Part shown: one piece after another, positions 1 to 11,349 of the stretch
Numbering within the stretch: position 1 is the first letter of the stretch
Layout of the letters: the number at the start of each line of letters is the position of its first letter
Assembly: GCA_964016885.1 (NCBI GenBank)
Contig: OZ024740.1
Coordinates: forward strand, 117,366,001-117,430,000
Direction of reading: 5' to 3'
DNA length: 64,000 nucleotides
From: Eledone cirrhosa
Lineage: Eukaryota
Notes under the pieces: model-generated
Databases searched by the model: none
What the model saw: only the letters and a program-made list of their open reading frames with translations
What the model was told of the DNA's origin: nothing
Program-made: the position numbers and the translations under genes

Positions 1-252
1 ATTCATCCACAGAATTTGGTGAAATCCATGGAAAAATCAATAGAGCCTTAACTCAGAATAAAATAGTTTAAAATACTCATCCTTCAATTTGGAAAAACTA
101 CAAATGCTCTGTATAGTCTTAAAGACTATTTCACGAAACTTTCAGTGGGGATGGTCACGGTTGGAATCGATCATCAGCAGACCTCAAAGACACGATAACC
201 AAAGTGCCACTGTTTATAATATGCCAAAAAGGGATATATATATATATATATA

Positions 253-457
253 TAGGAACGTGTCTGACACCACGGCAGAGCTCAAGCCGTTTCGACGGCT
301 ATTTCTGGACGATTTCAGTCTAGAAACATCCGTCGAAACGGCTTGAGCTCTGCCGTTGGGGTCAAACATTTTCCTATTACCCACTCTACTACCCTAAGTA
401 TTGAGTACACTGGTGCGTTATGGTCCATCTGGTTCCTTATCACACTTCCTTCGTTAT
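253..457 (-). repeat. TA-targeting fold-back element, family A
   Basis: Body acgaagg...ggcagagctcaagccgtttcgacggctatttctggac plus an inverted arm; (TA)n on both sides. Confidence 0.8.
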
Positions 458-460
458 ATA

Positions 461-578
<118 letters not shown>

Positions 579-596
579 AATACACTCGTATATATA

Positions 597-1302
597 TATG
601 AATAAAATTCGAACAGAAGCTAAGGTGTCCGTCATCAGTGATCTTCCAGCCGTCGTTGGTATATCTTCGCATTAAAGATCATATACCTCTGGCTGGTGCG
701 AGCAATAACTAAAAAAAGTTATTGGGACAGGTAGAATAGGGTGAAGCGAGCGAGACATGTAAAGAAACAGAGATATCTGTGAACTTAAGTTCGATCAAAT
801 CACGGCCGAAAGACATAGACGCGTCGAGCCATGTGAGATGTAAGCGAGAAAAGGAATTCGCACAGGTCAGACGGGAGGAAGTGAGTGAGGGGGAGTAGCA
901 GAGAGTGAGTGAGTGAAAGCGTGAGGAAGAGGCCAGCTGACAGAGAGTGACTGGCAGCTGGCCTCTTCCTCACACTTTCACTCACTCACTCTCTGCTACT
1001 CCCCTTTCTCACTTCCTCCCGTCTGGCTCGGATGCGTTTCTGTCTTCCGTCCGTGATTTGATCGAACTTAAGTTCACAGATATCACGGACTTGTTTCTCC
1101 TCTTCCTCTCCTTCTGTTGCATTACCATCTCTGTTTGTTTACATGTCTCGCTCCCTTCACCCTATTCTACCTGTCCTAATAACTTTTTTTTTAGTTATTG
1201 TTCGCACCAGCCAGAGGTATATGGTCTTTAATGCGAAGAAATACCAACTGGAAGATCACTGATGACGGACGCCTTATCTTCTGTTCGAATTTTATTCATA
1301 TG
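597..1302. repeat. ~700 bp imperfect palindrome, loop at 944-950
   Basis: 597-943 is the reverse complement of 951-1302, with substitutions and indels. Confidence 0.9.
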
Positions 1303-1387
1303 TATCCCATTTGCAACAACGCAGCACTCCATTTTTTTACTTTTGGCACAAGGCCAGCAATTACCCAGTGCATTACTGGTACTTTAG

Positions 1388-1443
<56 letters not shown>

Positions 1444-1915
1444 CATCAATGACTGAGACTCAAAGAGTAATAACAACAATAATAATATCATAATATCATA
1501 ATACTATTAATATTCCCTCTGTTTGTAAATAAACATCTTCATAGATACCAGGTATTAGATGAGAACGTCATTCTTTTGTTCCAACCGTAGCTCAGAGAGT
1601 TTTTCGGAGTGTTTTGCTCCTTATAAAGATTGTGTATTCTCCTTGTTGCTACCCACTGGAACTGCTGAGAATACATCAGCTGGTTAGCCTTATTTGCATA
1701 CCGAGCAATTTTATGGCCAGCTTTGACGAAAATAAAAAAAACTAAAGTTGTTTTCGCTCTTAACATGGTGGATATATAAATGTATTCATGCGTGAATAAT
1801 AACAGTATTATAAAATTAGGTAGTAACATTTGCTTACACCATATTTAACTAAATAGAATTAGTCCATTAGTTGGGATTTAAAAAAACCCTCTAAAGGGGT
1901 AAAAAAAGTGAGTAT

Positions 1916-1986
1916 TGACGTACATGGGATGCGAATCCTCATCTTTGGTTTGCCGGACCAGTGTGTTACCATTACACCAACACGTC
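1916..1986 (-). pseudogene. tRNA-like sequence (second copy 2191-2261) inside a ~275 bp tandem unit
   Basis: Minus strand: GACGTGT/GTACGTC acceptor, GTGT/ACAC D-stem, CTGGT-CCGGCAA-ACCAA anticodon arm, GATTCGCATC T-loop. Imperfect, so likely SINE-like rather than a functional tRNA. Confidence 0.55.
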
Positions 1987-2429
1987 ACCCATTTAATTAG
2001 AAGCTAAATGACCATAGCAGGTATATGTATATATATAAATAGGGAGAAACAAAGCAGGCTTTGTTTAGAAACGGCTAGCGAATTTGAAAATTAGGTAGTA
2101 ACATGTGCTTACGCCGTATTTGACTAAATAGAATTAGTCTGTTTGTTGGGATTTAAAAAAACCCTCTGAATGGAAAAAAAAGATGAGTATTGACGTACAT
2201 AGGACACGATACCACATGTTTAGTTTGTCGGACCAATGTGTTACCATTACACCAACACGCCACCCATGCTTTCTTTCATTCAATTAGAAGCTATATGACA
2301 CATATATACATATTTGTACCTGCTATTTAGTCAAATACGGCGTAAGCATATCTTACTACCTAATTTTCAAATTCGCTAGCCGTTTCTAAACAAAGCTTGC
2401 TTTGTGTCTCCATATTTATAATAGTATTA

Positions 2430-2603
2430 TAATTGTTTCTACTTTTAGCACAAGGCCAGCAAATACCCAGTGTATTACTGGTACTTTATATTATCGACCC
2501 TGTAAGGATGAAAGGCAAAGTTAACTTCGGCGGGATTTGAACTCATACCATCAAGGGCCCTAACTCTTTGCTGCAAAGCATGGCGTCCGACCCTCTACCG
2601 ATA
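2430..2603 (-). mobile_element. SINE, same family as 37927-38626
   Basis: Reverse complement of box B, core and tail. Confidence 0.8.
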
Positions 2604-3101
2604 TCATAATATAATTAATATTCGGTTTGTCCTTGAAGTATTAAGACGGCTTTTCAAACAATTTTCTACTACCCAAATTCATTCACAAAGCCTGGGTAGA
2701 TATAGGGCTACGGTATATACCACTGGCCACATGACGCCAAACAGTAGGTACGATTTCAGAGAACTTAATGACTGTGTGCGTTTGTGTGTTTGTGTGTGTG
2801 CGTGGGCACGTTTGTGTTCATCGTTTGCCGATGTATATCAGCGGGAAAACTGAAAAACTAGTGTATTCCAAATGAAGTTGCGGTATTTTTCTGTACCGTG
2901 TTGCAGACACACCCCTGTCGCAAACAGCGTCAGAATTGCAGTGATACTCTCGGTGGAAACCTCTAACAAACGACCATATTGTTCACTTATTCCGACATAA
3001 AATTAAAAAAAGAATTCTTTCTCAGGATACCAAGATTCTAACAGATGGCAAACAGTACCGAATTCTAAAATATGGAAAGAAGAAAATGAATCTAAAATAT
3101 C

Positions 3102-3172
<71 letters not shown>

Positions 3173-3435
3173 TTGTGTGTGTGTGTATTTGTGTGTATAT
3201 ATATACACACATGCGCACTCACACTTGTGTGCGAGTGCGCACGTATGTAGCATACACACACACATCTATATTTACAAACACACACACACAAAATTATTGT
3301 CGACTGAGGGACTAACCACGTTCGAATTGTGTCAGCAGTCGAGATGATAAGTCAATAGGGCCACGGGGCAGAGACAGAGGGTAACTACACACACACAACA
3401 CATAAGAGAGTGAGAGAAGAGAGAGAGAGAGGTGG

Positions 3436-3469
<34 letters not shown>

Positions 3470-3473
3470 TTGT

Positions 3474-3552
<79 letters not shown>

Positions 3553-4144
3553 AAACAAAAAGAACGACCAAGCAAGAGGATGCATTAACATAAAGTTGTA
3601 TTAGTTGCCCGCTTTACAGAATGAGAGTGAGTTACACAGGCAATGCAATAGGTATTTGCCCTTCATCGGGGAAAACACTGTTCTGAGTGTAGACAGAATA
3701 TAAAAGGAAAATGGCAAAGAAAATAAAGATAAAATATATTTTTTAATAAAATTTGAAAGAAAATTAAAAGGAGAGGAGGAGGATGGGGAGTAGTGATAAG
3801 AGAGAGGGCATTGGTCCGGCGTGTGAGTGGAGGGGTTGAGATGTAGGGTGCTAACATGTATTTGGTTGTTGTGTAGGTGAGGTATATACAATGCGTGTGT
3901 GCATGTGTGGGTGGTAAATGTGTTATTGATGGATGTGTGTATGTGAGTGTGAATGTGAATAAACATGCTTCTGCGTGCGCTCATTAATACGCACACAAAA
4001 ACACACTTGTATATGTGTACACACACATACACATGTATCCTTGTGTACGCACTTGTGCATGTGTGTGCACTTGTGCATGTGTGTGCACGTGTATGGCAAG
4101 GATATTGTGGTTATTGGTGCGTATTTTGAAGCTGCATGTATTGA

Positions 4145-4204
<60 letters not shown>

Positions 4205-5059
4205 TGTGTGTATACAGTTGTAGTAGGGTGGGTTTTCGTATTTATTACGGCCCGAGATGGGTTTTCGTATTCAAGTTTGTAACTCCGAAGTGTATAATGG
4301 CCGTGTGTAGAGTGGTAGAGAAAGGAATTGTGGATGAATGGTAGCAGACAGGCAGTGTGCGGGTGGGGGTGGCAGCGGTTTAAGGGGAGACTAGGTGTGT
4401 TATGGTCAGCTGTCAAATAGACTATAGGGGATGAGGGTTGAAGGAGTGTGTAGTGGGTGAAGGAGTTGAAGGATTAATATGCTGGGTGTGGGATCAGAAT
4501 CGCTGCTAAGGCGAATGGCATGGATGGTGTGGTGGTGCTAGGTAGTGGCGAAGGTGATTATGTCGTATGTCCTTCATCCATATATATATATATGCTGGAC
4601 TGCCGATCGCTATATTTGATTTGCAAAGCTGTCTAAACGTATTGTTATTACTCTGGGGTATTATTCTCTATCGAGTGCTAAGCCACATTCCGAATTTGCT
4701 TTCGTTAGCTTAGCCGCAGCTTAAAGCTTCGTTAATGCTGTACTAGAATGTGTATATATATATATACAGTGGCGGACTGGCCAGATTGCCAGGTTGCCCA
4801 ATGGCAAGTGGGCCCCAGGGGGTCCACGGTAGCATTGCAAGAGCCCACAGTAGCATTGCATGGCCCACGGTAGTATTTTAGGGACTAATGCTTTGCGTTC
4901 AAAAAATACCTGAAATCTAAGAGAAAGAATAAAAAAAAAAATAATAATAAATAGAACAATTAAGCAAAGCAGTAGTCAACCAATTCCCTTATTTCATTCA
5001 ATCATATCTTGCTCTTAAAAGCAGCTTATACATGATAAAATGACAAGTGAGTCAATCAT

Positions 5060-5410
5060 ATTGATGGCCTCCCCACAGCCCCGGCGGACAGAATGGAGAA
5101 GACGCTTCCCCGGAGGACGGCAAGGGAGACGCGCTAGAAGAGCCATTCCAACTTGCGAGGCTCACACCTGCGGCTGGCCAGCTCAGTGCCTATGGTGGTG
5201 AGTAGGGAGGTAGCCCTAGGGCCGAGGACACCAGAAGTCTCCACTGCCAAGGTAACGACTGCAAACCTGTCGGAGAGCAACCGGTATTTGGAGAGTTTGG
5301 CCTCTTCAGCCCGACGTGCAGGAGAACCTGGGTTAGTCGCAGACTGCACCGGGTTGTGGCTGGAGAAAGTGTCCGTGCAAGTGGCATCCCAGACGAGGGG
5401 TTTGCCACCG
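5060..5410 (-). mobile_element. CRE-like non-LTR retrotransposon C-terminal restriction-like endonuclease fragment
   Basis: GKPLVWDATCTDT...AEEAKLSKY...AVETSGVLGP...EWLF.RVSLAVLRG. Confidence 0.75.
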
Positions 5411-5630
5411 CGGATGCAAATAGCTGGAATCAGTGGTTGTACATTCTACTAAATCTAAAGCTTAGTGTATTCATGCATGGATGCAAACATAAGTATATAG
5501 ACACAGACACACAAGCATATATGTATATATATATATTTATATACTTACACATGAACTACTGACCAAATAATATTTGGTATTAATGGGTTAAAGACTTCTG
5601 TCAAATCAATTAGTGGTGAAGGTGGTGTAT

Positions 5631-5705
<75 letters not shown>

Positions 5706-5711
5706 CACACG

Positions 5712-5754
<43 letters not shown>

Positions 5755-5758
<4 letters not shown>

Positions 5759-6059
5759 ATACTTTCGGAGGGCCATGTTGCCAATAAGAAACACAGGCAC
5801 CAGTTGCTTTCACTCCAATTTATTATAAATTAAATTTATAAATTTAAGAATTTATAAATTTCCGGTTGGTTGGTTGGTTCCACAACCAACCATATATTGT
5901 CAAAGTTCTTTCGTCACACATTCTGTGACCTCTTCAGTGACTGGGGATTCTTTTCTTTGTTTTCGTGCCTCTCCTTTGTTCTGTCCTACGCCATCTTGTT
6001 TTTGTGTGTGTTGTGTGCTTAGTTTGCGCATGTGTTACATCCGGGTGTATTCAGAAACG

Positions 6060-6062
<3 letters not shown>
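5755..6062 (-). mobile_element. Solo PLE pseudo-LTR fragment between (TA)n arrays
   Basis: Starts with ttgttatactttcggagggccat, resembling the PLE terminus at 50110 (tgttatatttggggagggtcat); contains the hammerhead above. Confidence 0.65.
5899..5941 (-). ncRNA. Minimal type I hammerhead ribozyme in a solo pLTR
   Basis: Minus strand: gtca-CTGAAGA-g-gtcaca(gaatg)tgtgac-GAAA-gaac-TT-tgac. Confidence 0.72.
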
Positions 6063-6107
<45 letters not shown>

Positions 6108-6499
6108 TGAGTGAGTGTGAAAGTCTCTGGATTTCGCAAAATACATAATATTTTTATTGGAGAAGTTAAGATATGTTCCCGCAAAAATTTGATTGCACTG
6201 TTTTGTTTCCACTTATGTATTTTTCGAAAATGTTATTTATTCATTGTAAAAATTAAATGATAGCATTCTATATGGAGGTGCGCCCCTTTCATCACCTAAC
6301 AACGAATATTTTTAGACCCAGTCCGCCATAATTTTAATATGGAAATGGCTTCTACGGGATTCGAACTGTTTCATTCGAAGGAAATCATTGAGTACCTTAC
6401 TTACTGTGGTTACCCCTGATTGAATCCGGCATACACACACACACACATGCACACACACATAAACACACGCTCTCACACACATATATATATGTGTGTGTG

Positions 6500-6533
<34 letters not shown>

Positions 6534-6661
6534 TGTGTATGCGCGCGCGTGTGTGTGTGTATGCCGGATTCAATCAAGGGTAACCACAGTAAGTAAGGTA
6601 CTCAATGATTTCCTTCGAATTAAACAGTTCTAATCCTGTAGAAGTCATTTCTATATTAAAG

Positions 6662-6729
<68 letters not shown>

Positions 6730-6795
6730 TGGCGGACTGGGTCTAAAAATATTGGTTGCTAGGTGATGAAAGGGGCCCACCTACATATAGAATAT

Positions 6796-6829
<34 letters not shown>

Positions 6830-6970
6830 TATATAACCAATAAAGATCTTTATATGCGACCACGCTTTGTTTTCAATATATACACTTCACCCTATCATAG
6901 TGTTCTGATTTTGGTACTCGCCTCAGTAAACCACGAATCTACTGAATCACCTAATATTACACACACGCAT

Positions 6971-7003
<33 letters not shown>

Positions 7004-7309
7004 CTATAGAGTAAAGCATGTCCAGAGAATTATTTGATAATATATATACATCATCTCTACTCCCAATCAGCATAATTAACCACACAAAAAATCAATTAGA
7101 CCAGGCTATAAGAATAAAAGGCACCTATGAAGAAACAGTAAATAAATACGCCACAGCAGCGTCTTCGCGGCCAACCGCTATAGAATGTTTACCCAACATT
7201 TCAACAGCACGTGGAAATTAATTAAATATACGGTCAACCATACATAATTAGGTAAAAATTAAAGTTAGAAATGCTTATATACATACCAGTTTCAAATCAC
7301 TAAATCCCA

Positions 7310-7395
<86 letters not shown>

Positions 7396-8037
7396 GTGTT
7401 CCACTTACAAGTTATTTCCCAATGAGGCGCTTGCCCACGTTGTATGCAATGTATTCTAACCCAGTTACACACGGTTTACAAGCGAATTATCTAATCGCGC
7501 AGCCATGCCTGCATCCTGCATGTAAACGAAGAAAGAAAACTAAGAATTAAGGATATTTTTAGAGCAGAATAGATTTCCTGCTTGAATCTATTAAACATTT
7601 CCTGAAGACATGAGTTTTCTCTGCTTTTATGATAGTAAAAGATAAAACATTCATGTAAAAGTCTTTCGCAATGGATTTGACCCGAATTTCAGCCTTGACA
7701 ATCTTGACATTTTTTTATGTTTTTCAGCTGAAAATTTTAAGATTAAATTACACGCACATACCCACACCCACACATGCGCACCCACACACGCACTCACCCC
7801 CACAAATATATATAGAAGGTGTCCCCAAAAATGTATACACACTTCAACAGCATTCTAAAAGATTCTATAATATGATTTGTGGCTCTTGCCGGGAAAAAGT
7901 GAGTGAATTGACTAAATTCGGCCTTTTTTGCCATTTCAAAGATCGTTTACTTTTTTCTCTTCTCGACGTAAGAGAGAGAAGGAGAGAGAGAGAGAGAGAG
8001 AGAGGGGGTGTAATGTCATGAGGACATTACACATTTT

Positions 8038-8200
8038 GTGTGGTTAAGTTCACTTTGCAACAAGTTGGTTCTGGGTCCAGTCCTGTTTCGTGATGATTTT
8101 GCCACTCGCCTTCTACTGTAACCTTAGATTGACTATAGCCTTATACTAAAGCCTTCTGAGTGGAATTTCGTTGACGAAAGCTATAGAAATCTGTCGTACA
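8038..8200 (+). mobile_element. Second, older tRNA-derived SINE family (diverged copies near 2640-2745, 14040-14170, 24930-25080)
   Basis: gtgtggttaag head...cttctactgtaacc...aaagccttctgagtggaattt. Confidence 0.5.
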
Positions 8201-8296
8201 TATACAAACACTTCATACACATGCACACACATACACAAACATACACACACGTACACGCATATGTTTGTGTGTGTTTCCATCCAGGTCAGTGTTTAC

Positions 8297-8420
8297 ATTT
8301 ATATCATGTCTGAGCTTGTGTCCCGTAATTTATATCATGTCTGAGCTTGTGTCCCGTAATTTATATCATGTCTGAGCTTGTGTCCCGTAAATTATATCAT
8401 GTCTGAGCTTGTGTCCCGTA
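8297..8420. repeat. Minisatellite, 31 bp x 4
   Basis: atttatatcatgtctgagcttgtgtcccgta repeated four times. Confidence 0.95.
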
Positions 8421-8680
8421 AATTAGCGATTCAACAAAAAATAGCAGAATCAATAAATTAAGAACTGGAATCGATATAATTGACTAAATCAAGGCGGTGT
8501 CACGGCATGACCGCCATCTAGAATAATAAAAGAACGTAGCTAATATCAGTAAAATGTGATCAGGAAAAATGTACTAACCCCTCCTTGATGAAACGGTAAT
8601 AAGTGGTGAAACTAGTCAGGTTTGTTCATCGTTTTCACGCACACACACACAGACCCCCCCCCCCACACACATATATATTT

Positions 8681-8882
8681 AATATAGAAATGGTTTCTAC
8701 AGGACTAGAACTGTTTCATTCGGGAGAAATCATCAGGAAGCCTGATGATTCTCTCGAATGAAACAGTTCTAGTCCTGTAGAAGCCATTTGTATATCAAAT
8801 ATTTATACTCTGCTATATATTGAGTACCTTACTTACTGTGGTTGCCCCCGATTGAACCCGGGATAAACTTCTCCCCCCCCCC

Positions 8883-8914
<32 letters not shown>

Positions 8915-9008
8915 CTATCTATCTATCTCTCTCTAGAGAGAGAGAGAGAGGGAGAGAGAGAAGTTTATCCTGGGTTCAATCGGGGGCAACCACAGTAAGT
9001 AAGGTACT

Positions 9009-9012
<4 letters not shown>
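8681..9012. repeat. TA-targeting element family B as a double hairpin (other copies at 6333-6432, 6558-6662, 22270-22396)
   Basis: gaatgaaacagttctagtcctgtagaag...ttgagtaccttacttactgtggtt...aacccgg repeated in both orientations. Confidence 0.75.
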
Positions 9013-9044
<32 letters not shown>

Positions 9045-10192
9045 CTGGCATATATAAGATGATACTGCTACCATACACACAAAGATCCTAGACTGCACTC
9101 ACACGAAGAACGTTCTAGTGATTGACAGTGATTAACAAGATTCAAGATAGCAGAAAAGCGCGTATTTCTTCTATCACTATTACAACAACCTATACTCAAT
9201 GAACCAGCTAACAACACAGCATTACATAGATGCATTAGATCCACCCATCACTTCGCCTACCTTCATTCTTACAGTGTTACATCTCCAACGCCGCTCACAG
9301 AACACTTCTAACATAACTGCTTTCATCGAATGCATCAACAACCAGAACTTTTTTGCAACTACATCAATATCACCCTGCAAAGGTCCCATCGCCCATAATT
9401 TTCTTCAAAAATATGGTTCGATATATATGCATATATGTGTGTGTGTTAGGTAAGTGCGTAACTACAGTTATCGGCAGTTCGCCGTTCTAAGTACTCGATG
9501 CTGTTACAATGGTCAAACTCGTTTATATAAATTTATGTATATGGTGCAACATTGACTTAGATTTTGCTTACTCTCTCTCCCTCATTCACTCACTCTCTCT
9601 CTCTCCCTCTCTCTCTCTCTATATATATATATATATGTGTGTGTGTGTTTGTGTGTGTGTGTATGTGTGTGTATTTCTGTATGTGTGTTTTGGGGTGTAT
9701 GTATGTGAGCGTGTGCGCTTTCTATATAATTTTGCAGTGGGGAAAAAATAATAAATAGAACATGCCTAGAATTGTCTGGTTATTAGTTTGTTTTGACACC
9801 ATTCGTACAATGATATCAGTTTTAATTACCAAGATATTAACACAAGCGACTTCCTTGTGTGACAAGCAGATTTTTACTAGGGCAGAGAATCATTTAAAGA
9901 ATGTTGCTTTTTCTTGCTCAGCCATTTTGGGTGTGTCGACTTGATTCCATTAATAGAAACGCGTCAAAAATGGAGAACTGTGAGACGTAGTAAATCCTGA
10001 ATACCCCCCCCCCCCCGCCATACACAAACATTCACATACACTCACACTGCCATATACACGCACACGCACACACCCACACACACACGCATATATATATAAA
10101 TATAAATATATAAATATATATATGTGTATAACAAACACATATATATTTACATATATTTATATATATATATATTTGTGTGTGTATAATGCATG

Positions 10193-10227
<35 letters not shown>

Positions 10228-11130
10228 TTGGGTGTGTGTGTGTGTGTATGGCAGGAATAATAAAATTATATAATATAAAATATGAAGTTTTCAAGACACA
10301 TGTAAAATAAGAAGAGTCAGAAGTAGAAGAAAAATATCACCAGAAACATACGAAGGAAGAACAGGACAATATATAATACAAAATATGATGGTGGTGATGG
10401 AAGAAAGGGGAGAACATAGGGTAAGCTGACGGTGATGTGGCTGGTAATGATGATGATGATGATGATGATGTTGACGATGTGGATGATGTCGATAATGATG
10501 ATGATGACAATGAGGATGATGATGATGATGATGATGGTGGTGGTAGTGGTGACAATAAAGATGATGATGATGATGATGATGATGATGGTGATGATGATGG
10601 GGTGGGGGTGGGGGTGAGGGTGACAATGATGATGATGATGGTGGTGATGATGATGACGATGATGGTGGTGGTGGTGGTGAGGTTGATGATGATGAAAGAA
10701 ATGAAGTTTAAAGAATAAGTAGATGACGATGGTGGTTATGACAACGATGATGGTGGAAGATGAAGGAAAAAAGACAGAGACGATGATTCAAATGAAGAGA
10801 AGTAAACGTAGAAGAAGAAGAAGAAGAAGAAGAAGAAGAAGAAGAAGAAGAAGAAGAAGAAGAAGAAGAAGAAGAAGGTTATGATGGTGGTGTTGATAAA
10901 AAAAAACTGAGAGAACCGAAGACTTATAAATGCTACCATAATGAATGTACAAAAAACAGTTGCTGTATATTTACTGCTTTTATTTTTTTTATTGAATTCC
11001 CGTTTCTAATAGATAGAAATCTTTAAGTAAGAAGCAGAGTAGTGAATGTATGCTTTCAATGCTTTCAGTTATTAACCACTTATGTATGAATGTATCTATG
11101 TATTTATACATGTATGCGTATAGGCAAATT

Positions 11131-11270
<140 letters not shown>

Positions 11271-11303
11271 CATCGTTTACCGTCCATGATCCACGCTAAC
11301 ATG

Positions 11304-11349
<46 letters not shown>

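Noticed and set aside
135-185. CTGATGA...GAAA on the minus strand
   Set aside because: No convincing stem II or stem I pairing.
8297-8420. 31 bp repeats as a CRISPR array
   Set aside because: No spacers, no cas genes and a eukaryotic context; it is a simple minisatellite.
9040-9420. Possible PLE endonuclease C-terminal remnant (also 7000-7200 and 4210-4300)
   Set aside because: Only weak KIL..KI.E..P.LN or KPT-like hints; too decayed to call.
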